Below, one piece after another: positions 48,454 to 57,513 of a stretch of 64,000 bases of DNA. The notes below the pieces were generated by a model. It made no database searches, was not told the DNA's origin, and saw nothing but the letters and a program-made list of their open reading frames with translations. Source of the DNA: Nitrospira sp. (GTDB lineage: Bacteria > Nitrospirota > Nitrospiria > Nitrospirales > Nitrospiraceae); the NCBI GenBank assembly GCA_019636835.1, contig JAHBWU010000005.1, forward strand, positions 10,848-74,847, given 5' to 3'. Position numbers and translations under genes: made by a program. The first letter of the stretch is position 1. Every line of letters begins with the position of its first letter.

Positions 48454-50183
48454 TATTGATTGGTACTCGCGTCAGGCGGGTGGTAATTCCAGAAATCCGG
48501 GTCTGGAACGGGAAGCCCTTTCGCTTCGATGGTGAACGGTCCGGCTTCAAGCGTGATCCACTTCTTCGGCGAACAACAGGTTCCATCGGGAAGCACGTCC
48601 CATGATCCTCGGCGAACAACCAGCGGCCCGGTCGCCAGGTTATCGAAAAACTCCCCCCTCTTTCCAATCCCGTAGAGGTTGCGGTGCGGTACCGTGACGA
48701 CAATTTCTTCATCGGTCCATGATTGAACCAGCGCGGCTGTGCCGTTGAACAGGACTTCGGTTCGTGACACATTCGAAACGACAGTTGCTTGTTCACCTGG
48801 TTCGTTGATTTCTATATCACCTCGCCGCTTGTAGGATTTCTGGTTCAATCCAAGGTCGGCATGTTCAGCGGTCACGAGAAATGTTCCGAACCCTCGGCCC
48901 TTGATCGTCACCGTGGCATCCAACCCCGCAGTCCGAGGTTCATATGACTCGATGACCGGGGTGGCGAGCGTGAAATCCCCCACCTCGATGGCTTGGGTCC
49001 CTCGCTCGGCACAGCAGAGTCCTCCTATGTTCGGCTTATTGGCGCTCCGGTAAATAACGACCTTGCCGGTTTTCGCGCTGAACGGCACCCAGACATCGAT
49101 TCGCTCGTCGTTCCAGCGATAGATCACCGCCGGCACCCCGCCGATTTCGACGCGATTCTCGCCGGTCTTAAAATCCATGAAGTTGTATGGAGTCGATCCG
49201 CTCTCCGAGTAAGCCCCAAAATGCTCGCCCTTAATACGCAGCAACGTCCCGATGGGCGCGCTGGCGGGACTCATGGAGATAGCGCGGGGAACATGGACCG
49301 TAAACTGCGCAAGCATCCGTTCCCGTCCTTGATGTTTCAGTACAAGCGGACCCGACTCCGCGTCGAGCGGGACATGGAAGACGATGACGTCGTCTTTCCA
49401 TTGGGCGATGGTGACCGGCCGCCCACCGATCAATACGGCATCATCCACCAGTTCCTTGGCATTCCCAAACCCCTGGCCGAACAAGACTACTTTCGTCCCC
49501 ACAGGCCCGCTGACCGGATCCACTCGAACGGACGGAATCAGTTTCAACGGAACCGCGTTGCTCACGACATACTCGACCGGAGCACAGCATGATCCGTCCG
49601 GTAGTGGATCGGAGGAAGCCAGCCGAACCGCAACATCTCCACTCTCCGCGTTCGGTGGAATTTCAAGCTCGATCTTGTCGTCTTTCCATCGTTTGGGACG
49701 CACGACGACCCCGCCGACCACCACGTCATTGACGCCGAACATCGTGTTGGGATCGCGGGCGCCGGCCGAAAGGCCGAAATGATGACCGGTGATCTCAAGC
49801 GTGGTTCCCCGTTCCGCTTCTGTCGGCGTGATGGCTGCTATCCGTGGAGCCATGATGATCAACGGTCCGGCGGACCGCTTCTTCTTTCCCATCAATACCT
49901 CGACCGGGCCGCTGGTCGCTCTGAAGGGAACCTTGATTTCGATGATCTCCGTTTCCCATCGCTGCACCAAAGCCGATACCCCATTGACGGTCACCCTATT
50001 GAACTGGGTCGACTTAAAGGCTCCAAACCCTTTCCCATTCAGAACCAAGGTTGCACCAGGGATGGAAGATCGAGAGGACAGTTCAATGGGCCTCTGGACG
50101 GCCTGTGCGATAGTGATGTTCGTCCCACCCACAAGACACACCAGCCAAAGGAGGAATATGGTTAAGATAGAGAATAGTTTCAT
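48453..50183 (-). CDS. Secreted IPT/TIG-repeat protein with three vicinal Cys-Cys loops
   Basis: Signal peptide; five G..FG...W....I...(V/I)P TIG units; PDGSCC, IGGLCC and PDGTCC inserts. Confidence 0.85.
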   Translation of the reverse strand: MKLFSILTIFLLWLVCLVGGTNITIAQAVQRPIELSSRSSIPGATLVLNGKGFGAFKSTQFNRVTVNGVSALVQRWETEIIEIKVPFRATSGPVEVLMGKKKRSAGPLIIMAPRIAAITPTEAERGTTLEITGHHFGLSAGARDPNTMFGVNDVVVGGVVVRPKRWKDDKIELEIPPNAESGDVAVRLASSDPLPDGSCCAPVEYVVSNAVPLKLIPSVRVDPVSGPVGTKVVLFGQGFGNAKELVDDAVLIGGRPVTIAQWKDDVIVFHVPLDAESGPLVLKHQGRERMLAQFTVHVPRAISMSPASAPIGTLLRIKGEHFGAYSESGSTPYNFMDFKTGENRVEIGGVPAVIYRWNDERIDVWVPFSAKTGKVVIYRSANKPNIGGLCCAERGTQAIEVGDFTLATPVIESYEPRTAGLDATVTIKGRGFGTFLVTAEHADLGLNQKSYKRRGDIEINEPGEQATVVSNVSRTEVLFNGTAALVQSWTDEEIVVTVPHRNLYGIGKRGEFFDNLATGPLVVRRGSWDVLPDGTCCSPKKWITLEAGPFTIEAKGLPVPDPDFWNYHPPDASTNQ

Positions 50184-50241
50184 GGACAGCCGAATCGGCA
50201 AGAAAAAAGACCTACCGTCGATTCACAACACAATATGTTCA

Positions 50242-50271
50242 ACTTTAACAAGTCATTTTTTCTTGAGTCAA
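50242..50271 (-). promoter_or_regulatory. Putative sigma70 promoter of the TIG-YCF48 operon
   Basis: TTGACT-N18-TAAAGT with extended TG on the minus strand. Confidence 0.45.
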
Positions 50272-50356
50272 GGCAGAGAATGGATAATTGGCCACATCAC
50301 CGATGCTCGCAATTCAACCTTAACCGGGCTGATGTCGACCATCGCGCCGGAACTCC

Positions 50357-53170
50357 TCACCCGCTATGCGCACCGACTTCCTGAATGATCGTATGGTAAA
50401 GCTGTTCGACCGCCGCTTCCTTGGTGAGCAGCGTGGCCGCTCCGGCTCGCCGCATTGCGTTGCTGTTGTCGTCTCCGATGTTTACGGAGATGCCGATGGT
50501 GGTGGTCTCCGGCCATTTAGTTTTGATCTGCCTCGTGGCTTCGATCCCATTCATCTTCGGCATATTGATATCCATCACTACCACCCGAGGCCGGAGCTTC
50601 TCGACCAATTTCACCGCCTCCATGCCATCTCGAGCCTCCCCGACCACCTGAATATCCGCATAGGCATCCAGTACCGATCGCAGACCTTGTCGCACCATCG
50701 CATGATCGTCCACGAGCAACACCGACACCATCATCCGCCCTTTCGTGAGACTATCGGCCTCGTCGGCATGAACCGTTGCACAGGCATTCTCAAATTCAGT
50801 GACTGGAAGATGCAGCTGGTTGTCCTCCGCGCTTCTGACCAGCGGCAAGATCAGCATCGCCATGGTCCCGTGCCTCGGAGCGGAATTAATGTTGAACGAA
50901 CCGCCCAATGCCCGCATACGCTCCTGGATGCTATATAAACCAAACTTGGACGAAATCTCGCCGCTAGGCACTCTTGCCTCCGCTGCAACAGCAGCAAGAT
51001 CGAATCCCGTCCCCTCGTCCTTCACGGTAATGCAGAGATGGTCCGCTCGCTTTTCCATCGTGAGAGTGGCCTGTCCGGTGCCGGCATGTTTGGCCGAATT
51101 GATGAGTAGCTCCCGCACCGATTGAAAGAGCAACACACGTTGATCTTCCGGCAGGCTGAGGCCTTGGTCGTCGGGCACGACAACGGTCACGGCTTGTTCA
51201 TGCTTTTTCTTCATGTACTCGGCAAGCCATTTGAGACTGGCGGTCAGGCCATGATCACGCAGGACCGGCGGGCTGAGTTCCGCCACCAATGTCCGACTAT
51301 AGGTCAACGCATCGGATAAGATGTCATCGACCTTCTTCAGGACAGTCTCACAGGCCGGCACGCCACTGGTGCCTCGCCTGCCCTGCCCGATCGTCAACTT
51401 GCCGACGACCAACATCTGCTGCAGATGGTCATGCAGTTCGGTGGCCAGGCGTTTCCGCTCGCGTTGCTCGGCCAGGTTCAACTCACTCGTCAGCGCGCGC
51501 AGACGTTCCTGCGACTGTTGCAACTCTGCCGTCTTTATGTTCACCGCATGCTCCAGCTCAACACTCCACCGCTCAAGACGCTCCTGAGCTTCCTTAATCT
51601 CTGTTATGTCATACGTCGCGCCAACGTATCCAAGAAGCTCTCCGTTAGCCGAGTGTCGGGGCTGACCGACAGAACGCATCCAGCGATAGCCCCCATCATG
51701 CCGACGAAAGCGGAATTGCTCGTCGAACAAGGTATGCTTCTCAAAGGCACTGAGATAGGCTTGGAGATGGCGGTGACGGTCCTCCGGATGGACAAAGGCT
51801 GCCCAGTTGTATTTTCCCACGACGAATTGATCATTGACCCCTAGAAACTCGAGATACGCGCGGTTGACGAATCGGGCCCCTTCTTGATCATTCATCCACA
51901 TAAGAACGGGCGCACTATCGGCCAAAGTCTTGAATCGCGTTTCGCTCTCGCGCAACGCCGATTCTGCGCGCTTGCGCTCCGTGATATCCTGGACAACGGC
52001 GATGTGATGAGAGAGCTCCTCTCCAGGCTTCCGGAGCGGAGCCACATTGAGCAGGACCCAGACAATCGACCCATCCTTCCGCAAGTAGCGTTTTTCCACG
52101 GCAAAGGAATCCACCCGCCCGCAGCGAAGGTGTTCCATGCCCGCAAGGTCCTCCGCGAGATCATCAGGATGGGTAATCTTCATGAAGGTGGTGGCCAGCA
52201 TCTCTGCCTCTGTCCGACCGACAATCTCGCAGTATTTCCGATTGACCCGCTCGAATCGTCCCGTGCGCGAATCGATCTGTGCCACTCCCACGCCGGCCTG
52301 TTCAAAAATAGTGCGGGATCGGCGCTCGGCATCGCGCAGCGCATCTTCAGCCTGTTTGCGCGCAGTGATGTCCGTGAACAAGTTCACGGCCCCGACGATA
52401 TGTCCTTCGGTATTTCGTAGAGGATCGATGTGGACGATCACGTGGCGCCTTGTGCCATCGGACCGTTCGATAATGATTTCCTGACCATGCAGCGCTGTGC
52501 CATCCTGCACCGCATCGACCATGGGCGTCTTGTCGTGCGGCAGCGGCGTCCCATCCGGCCACAGCAGTGTGTTCGACCCAGAAAACCGATCTTCGCGATC
52601 ACCCAGCTTCGGTCTGCGACCCCACAGTTCGACCGCTTGATCGTTATAAAACGTAATGTGACCGTTTCGATCGATCGTGTACATGGCCGCGGGCATTCGC
52701 TCGACGAGAGACCGATAGCGCATCTCGCTCTCGGTGAGACGTTCGATGAGCCGCTGATTGTCCCGCTCGTGCCGGGCCAGCTTGAGCAGTGCCCGCACGG
52801 TACCGATCAACTCCTCTTCTTCCGCCGGTTCGACCAGATAGGCATCCGCGCCGACTTCCAGGCTTCTCACTCGATCCGGTGCGTTGACGCGAGCGGCGGA
52901 GGTCTGCAGCACTTTGATGAACTGCGTCTCGGGCTGGGTCTTGAGCTGCCGACAAACATCGAAGCCGTTGATGTGCGGCAGATTGACGTCGAGGAGGAGG
53001 AGATCCGGAAGTTCGGCGGTGGCCATGGTGAGTGCGTCGGCGCCGTTGCTCGCTTCAATGATTTGGTAGCCCTGTCGACTGAGTAGGTGACTCTTCATGA
53101 ACAAAGCTGTCGGATTATTGTCGACGATGAGAATGACTGATTGATCGGATTCGAGGGTGAACTGAGTCAT
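50357..53170 (-). CDS. Cytoplasmic hybrid histidine kinase: REC-PAS-PAS-PAS-HisKA_3-HATPase-REC
   Basis: LLDVNLP, three PAS/PAC units (DIT.RK, HPDD, HPED), ELHDHLQQ, NSAKHA, DEGTGF and a NarL-type C-terminal REC (VDDH, MDINMP). Confidence 0.93.
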   Translation of the reverse strand: MTQFTLESDQSVILIVDNNPTALFMKSHLLSRQGYQIIEASNGADALTMATAELPDLLLLDVNLPHINGFDVCRQLKTQPETQFIKVLQTSAARVNAPDRVRSLEVGADAYLVEPAEEEELIGTVRALLKLARHERDNQRLIERLTESEMRYRSLVERMPAAMYTIDRNGHITFYNDQAVELWGRRPKLGDREDRFSGSNTLLWPDGTPLPHDKTPMVDAVQDGTALHGQEIIIERSDGTRRHVIVHIDPLRNTEGHIVGAVNLFTDITARKQAEDALRDAERRSRTIFEQAGVGVAQIDSRTGRFERVNRKYCEIVGRTEAEMLATTFMKITHPDDLAEDLAGMEHLRCGRVDSFAVEKRYLRKDGSIVWVLLNVAPLRKPGEELSHHIAVVQDITERKRAESALRESETRFKTLADSAPVLMWMNDQEGARFVNRAYLEFLGVNDQFVVGKYNWAAFVHPEDRHRHLQAYLSAFEKHTLFDEQFRFRRHDGGYRWMRSVGQPRHSANGELLGYVGATYDITEIKEAQERLERWSVELEHAVNIKTAELQQSQERLRALTSELNLAEQRERKRLATELHDHLQQMLVVGKLTIGQGRRGTSGVPACETVLKKVDDILSDALTYSRTLVAELSPPVLRDHGLTASLKWLAEYMKKKHEQAVTVVVPDDQGLSLPEDQRVLLFQSVRELLINSAKHAGTGQATLTMEKRADHLCITVKDEGTGFDLAAVAAEARVPSGEISSKFGLYSIQERMRALGGSFNINSAPRHGTMAMLILPLVRSAEDNQLHLPVTEFENACATVHADEADSLTKGRMMVSVLLVDDHAMVRQGLRSVLDAYADIQVVGEARDGMEAVKLVEKLRPRVVVMDINMPKMNGIEATRQIKTKWPETTTIGISVNIGDDNSNAMRRAGAATLLTKEAAVEQLYHTIIQEVGAHSG

Positions 53171-53411
53171 ATCACCTTACAAGGCAGCTTCGGCGTCTCT
53201 TGCTTCCTGCTGATAACGTCTCTGGGCACCCGATATGGTTCGGACTCAGGATAAGAGCTTCGGAGGGAGGAACAGCAGTCTTAACCTCATGCATGGAACA
53301 TAACCCTTCGACACGATAGAAGCAGCGAGGAGACAGGCAGCTTACTGCGTATCGCAGTCTCGGTAAACCCCTAAACACGAAAACTAGGGCATTCCCTAGG
53401 GTGGTATGTGA

Positions 53412-53876
53412 CTATGGCGAATGCAGCTCCACTATCAGTTCAATTTCGATGGGAGCCAGGCGTGGCAACTCCACGGCACCGACGGCTACTCGTGCATGGC
53501 GGCCTGCTTCTCCGAACACCGAAACGAGCAAATCAGATGCACCGTTGAGAACTTGCGGTTGATCGGTGAAGCCGGGTGCCGAGGCGATATAGCCGACCAT
53601 CTTGACGATCTGCTTGACCCGATCCAGTGATCCGGCTTCGCTCCGGATGATACTCAAGCCATTCAGCACCGCCTCTCTCGCTGCCTCAACGCCCTGTTCA
53701 ACCGTAAGATTCTCTCCGAGCTTGCCGGTCATAACAAGCCGGCCATCGCGCGACGGTAATACACCGGAGAGAAACAGCAGGTCACCCGTCCTGACTACCG
53801 GCACATAGTTGGCGACGGGCTTTGGAGGAGCCGGCAACGTCAACCCAAGATCACTTAGTTTTTTCTCATAGGACAC
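53412..53876 (-). CDS. RidA/YjgF family protein
   Basis: P.PVANYVP, NGASDLL..VFG..GRHAR and IEIE motifs. Confidence 0.92.
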   Translation of the reverse strand: MSYEKKLSDLGLTLPAPPKPVANYVPVVRTGDLLFLSGVLPSRDGRLVMTGKLGENLTVEQGVEAAREAVLNGLSIIRSEAGSLDRVKQIVKMVGYIASAPGFTDQPQVLNGASDLLVSVFGEAGRHARVAVGAVELPRLAPIEIELIVELHSP

Positions 53877-53954
53877 ACTCTCGTCTCCTTCTGGGCTTTC
53901 CTAGACTTTCCGGAACCACACGTCACTCGTTATCCCCTTCCACTCCACTGCTGC

Positions 53955-55112
53955 CTATCCCGGCCTGAGCGCATCCAAAAAACTCTCACCAACCGGCAAT
54001 CGCTCGGCTCGAAGCGCCTCCACAATCGTCTGCCCCACATCCGCCGCAGTCGGCCTCGTCCCCAAATCGACGCCTTGCGCTAATTTTGGGCCGGTCGCGA
54101 AGACCGGAACATACTCTCGCGTGGACGTCCGTCCAGGTATCGAGAAATCTCTCCCATGATCACCCGTCACAAGTACCATATCGCCGAGCCGCAGTTTCTC
54201 GAACAAATCGGGGAGACGACGATCAAATTCTTGTACGGCTGTCGCCGACTGTACGGCATCTTCAGACAGCAAATCCAGGCTGGCACAGATGAGACCGCGA
54301 GGCACCTTATTCAACATACCGATGACTTCATCAAAAGCCGCCATCCCCGACGCAGCCGGGAAGGATTTCGTCAACCCACGCCCACTAAAGAGATCATAGA
54401 CCTTTCCGACCCCCATCGCGATCTGGCCGGATCGGCTTAAGACATCCAACATCGTCAACCCAGGGGGCTCCATCACAAAGTCCCTTCGCCCAACCTGAGG
54501 CCGAAGCAAGTCATGCCCGCCGATGACCGGCTGCCCGACGATACGAACGAGAGTTCCCGCATCTTTCACGGCTTTCCGGATCTCGCGACATCGCTGTTGG
54601 AATTCCACAGTGGCCATGATGGATTCATGCATGGCCAAAAAGCACGTATTTCCTCCGTCCGTCCACAGGATAGGTGATCCGGTGGCCATATGCTCCATAC
54701 TATGTCGGCGGAGCATCACACCCAGAGACGACATGCCTCGGCCGATCGACTTTCTGCCGAAAAGCTGTTCAACGACGTCGACGATCATGGCGGGAACGCC
54801 GGATCTGCAGACCGTGGGAACTTCTTTCTGGATGATCCCGCCGATTTCCCAGTATCCGACGACAGAATCTTTACCCGGCGATGCGAAACCCAGTCGCCCG
54901 AAGGAACCGTTCGGCTGAACCATGGCCCGTACGCCTTTGATCGGAACGATATGCCCCAGACCCAGCATCTCGAAATTGGGTAAACTCAGTCCATCGACCG
55001 TCTCGGCCAGATGCACGAGGGTGTTCGCCTCGGCATCACCATAATTGATGCCATCCGACAACGCACCCACTCCCAACCCATCGACAACCAATAGAATGAC
55101 TCGATTGATCAT
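53955..55112 (-). CDS. deoB: Phosphopentomutase-like protein (divergent active site)
   Basis: LLVVDGLGVG, LPNFEMLGLG, GKDS, GVGKV.DLFSG.G, GDHG.D and REYVP motifs; adjacent to deoC. Confidence 0.82.
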   Translation of the reverse strand: MINRVILLVVDGLGVGALSDGINYGDAEANTLVHLAETVDGLSLPNFEMLGLGHIVPIKGVRAMVQPNGSFGRLGFASPGKDSVVGYWEIGGIIQKEVPTVCRSGVPAMIVDVVEQLFGRKSIGRGMSSLGVMLRRHSMEHMATGSPILWTDGGNTCFLAMHESIMATVEFQQRCREIRKAVKDAGTLVRIVGQPVIGGHDLLRPQVGRRDFVMEPPGLTMLDVLSRSGQIAMGVGKVYDLFSGRGLTKSFPAASGMAAFDEVIGMLNKVPRGLICASLDLLSEDAVQSATAVQEFDRRLPDLFEKLRLGDMVLVTGDHGRDFSIPGRTSTREYVPVFATGPKLAQGVDLGTRPTAADVGQTIVEALRAERLPVGESFLDALRPG

Positions 55113-55246
55113 CGGCGCACTATACCAAATCGCCGTAGTCCGACATAGATGCGTATGGGACAGACATGTGGATCTAGGAGGACCTAGGCAGGAGAGCAAC
55201 GGCTGCTATGCCGTATGATCATGCCATAGATACCGGTCAGTACGCT

Positions 55247-55924
55247 TTACTCTTGTTTGTGGATTGCCGCCCGCCATTCTTGAGTGATCTTGAGGCCGGC
55301 GCTGGTCCCAATCCTATCGGCTCCAGCTTCCAGCATTGCGAGCGTGGTCTTCCAATCGCGGATGCCACCCGAAGCCTTCACCTGTACCCGTCCCGCGACG
55401 GTATCCCTCAGCAACCGAACATCTTCGACTGTCGCTCCCGCAGCTCCGAAGCCGGTTGACGTCTTCACGTAATCTGCCCCGGCTTCCACGACCAAATGGC
55501 ACGCCGTTCGTTTCTCCTGATCAGTGAGATAACAGGTTTCGAGGATCACTTTATGCTCAATGCCCACAGTAGACTTCACAACTTCAGCGATGTCCATTCG
55601 CACATAATCATGATCGGCCGATTTCAGTCTGCTGATATTCAACACCATGTCCAACACCGTTGCACCCCGCTGCACGGCCTCCAAGGCCTCGGTCACCTTA
55701 GTCTTTGTGCTGTGCCCTCCCAACGGAAACCCGATGGGAATGCCGACGCGAATGCCGGTGCCCTCTACCGCCGCCACGGCTTCATCGATGTAGCATGGCG
55801 GGACAAAAATGACCGTGAAACCGTTGGCCTTCGCCTCTTCACACAACCGAAGCACCTCGACCTTCGTCGCATCCGGTCTCAGTACCGTATGGTCGATAAG
55901 AGCCGGGAGATTCCATCCTGACAT
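55247..55924 (-). CDS. deoC: Deoxyribose-phosphate aldolase
   Basis: IDHT.L, IGFPLG, KVILET, VKTSTGF, VKASGGIR and RIGTS motifs. Confidence 0.97.
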   Translation of the reverse strand: MSGWNLPALIDHTVLRPDATKVEVLRLCEEAKANGFTVIFVPPCYIDEAVAAVEGTGIRVGIPIGFPLGGHSTKTKVTEALEAVQRGATVLDMVLNISRLKSADHDYVRMDIAEVVKSTVGIEHKVILETCYLTDQEKRTACHLVVEAGADYVKTSTGFGAAGATVEDVRLLRDTVAGRVQVKASGGIRDWKTTLAMLEAGADRIGTSAGLKITQEWRAAIHKQE

Positions 55925-55927
55925 GCC

Positions 55928-57010
55928 TTACGATACTCCTTCTTTGTCGTGTGTCTGTTCGCCATCGGGAGTCATCAAAGTCTGCGAGTGATTTCTTCGT
56001 CGGAAGGGGCGTTTCTGGTACTTTTCCACCGCCTTGTTATGCTCTACGAGCGTTGCAGAGAATTGATGGGTTCCGTCATTTTTCGAGACGAAGTAGAGAT
56101 TCGCGGAAGGCAGGGGATACAAAGCGGCACGGATCGACTGTGCCCCTGGGTTGGCGATCGGCCCTGGCGGCAGACCGACCCACCGATAGGTATTGTATGG
56201 ACTGGGGTGGGTGAGATCCTTCTTGTGAAGGTTTCCATCAAAATTCGGCAGACCGTAGATCACCGTCGGATCGCTCTGCAGAGGAATATGTTTCTTCAGC
56301 CGATTGTGAAACACGGATGAGATGTGGGGACGTTCGTCTCCGGCACCGGTTTCTTTTTCGATCACTGAAGCCAGAGTCAACACCTCATGAACCGTCAAGC
56401 GAATATCTTTGGCTCGTGCCTGCCACTCCTGCGTCATCACGTGCCCGAGTTGCTCCACCATAGTCTTGATGACGTCTTTGGCAGCCGTCGGCCTGGCAAA
56501 ACGATACGTGTCGGGATACAGATACCCTTCAGCTGTGTCCGCAGAAATTCCCAATGTCTTGATGAAGGATTTGTCCGAGGCCAATCGAACAAATTCCGCG
56601 CGATTCGTGATGCGATGCTCGTCCAGCACATCGGCGATTTGAGTCATCGTATGTCCTTCGGGAATCGTGATGGAATGAAGCACCACGCGTCCGGCGAGCA
56701 ACTTGGCAAGAATCTCCGCCGGGGCCATGGCGGCGTTGAACTCATACTCTCCGGGATGAATCTTGCGATCAGCCTCCTGCGCTTTCCCCAGAAGCAAAAA
56801 CGCCGAACGGCTCCTGATCAGCTGCTCCCGTTCAAGCAAGGTCGCAGCTTGTTGAAACGTCGCGCCTTCCAAAATGACAACGATTTTCTGTGGGGGGTGA
56901 TCGGCCTCGGAAAGGGCCGGCGCTTCAGCCCACCGAATCATCTGATATCCGGCCACGCCGACGAGCGCGACGACGGCGATCAATACGATGAGGATCAGAC
57001 GCAGCGTCAT
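55928..57010 (-). CDS. mltG: Endolytic transglycosylase MltG
   Basis: N-terminal TM, TIPEG, EGYLYPDTY, LASVIEKE, LQSDPT and SPYNTY...GLPPGPI motifs; start trimmed to 57010. Confidence 0.95.
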   Translation of the reverse strand: MTLRLILIVLIAVVALVGVAGYQMIRWAEAPALSEADHPPQKIVVILEGATFQQAATLLEREQLIRSRSAFLLLGKAQEADRKIHPGEYEFNAAMAPAEILAKLLAGRVVLHSITIPEGHTMTQIADVLDEHRITNRAEFVRLASDKSFIKTLGISADTAEGYLYPDTYRFARPTAAKDVIKTMVEQLGHVMTQEWQARAKDIRLTVHEVLTLASVIEKETGAGDERPHISSVFHNRLKKHIPLQSDPTVIYGLPNFDGNLHKKDLTHPSPYNTYRWVGLPPGPIANPGAQSIRAALYPLPSANLYFVSKNDGTHQFSATLVEHNKAVEKYQKRPFRRRNHSQTLMTPDGEQTHDKEGVS

Positions 57011-57509
57011 AGGATCGATCGTCAGGAGACAATTCCTCGCACTCTTCCAGCGTCTCCTCGGCAGGACGGCCTCCGATGGACTGAGCGGAAACCTGGTCCT
57101 GCGCTTCAAGGTAACTTCGCAGGAGAATCGCGGCTGCAATGCGATCCACGATTCCTTTGCGTTTCTTTCGACTGACATCAGCGGCGATCAACAACTCTTC
57201 CGCCGCCTTTGTCGTCATCCGTTCGTCCCACTGGACGACCGGCACGGACAAGCCCGCTTCCAGTTTGACTGTAAACTCGCGCATCGCCCGAACGGCCGGC
57301 CCTTCCCGTCCGTCCAACTGAAGCGGCAACCCCAGCACCACCCGCTCCACATCGTGCGATCCGACCAGCGCGGCGATGTGGGCGACATCCCAATCCAGCG
57401 TCCTCCGTTCGAAGGTTTCGAGCGGCTGCGCCGTCCAGCCCAATTCGTCGCTGAGTGCGACGCCGATCCGCTTGGTGCCGTAATCGAGCGCGAGAATGCG
57501 GCCAGCCAT
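56925..57509 (-). CDS. ruvX: YqgF/RuvX pre-16S rRNA nuclease
   Basis: ILALDYGTKRIGVA.SD, VLGLP, WDER.TT and VD..AA..LL motifs. Confidence 0.93.
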   Translation of the reverse strand: MAGRILALDYGTKRIGVALSDELGWTAQPLETFERRTLDWDVAHIAALVGSHDVERVVLGLPLQLDGREGPAVRAMREFTVKLEAGLSVPVVQWDERMTTKAAEELLIAADVSRKKRKGIVDRIAAAILLRSYLEAQDQVSAQSIGGRPAEETLEECEELSPDDRSYDAASDPHRIDRRRRARRRGRISDDSVG

Positions 57510-57513
57510 GATT

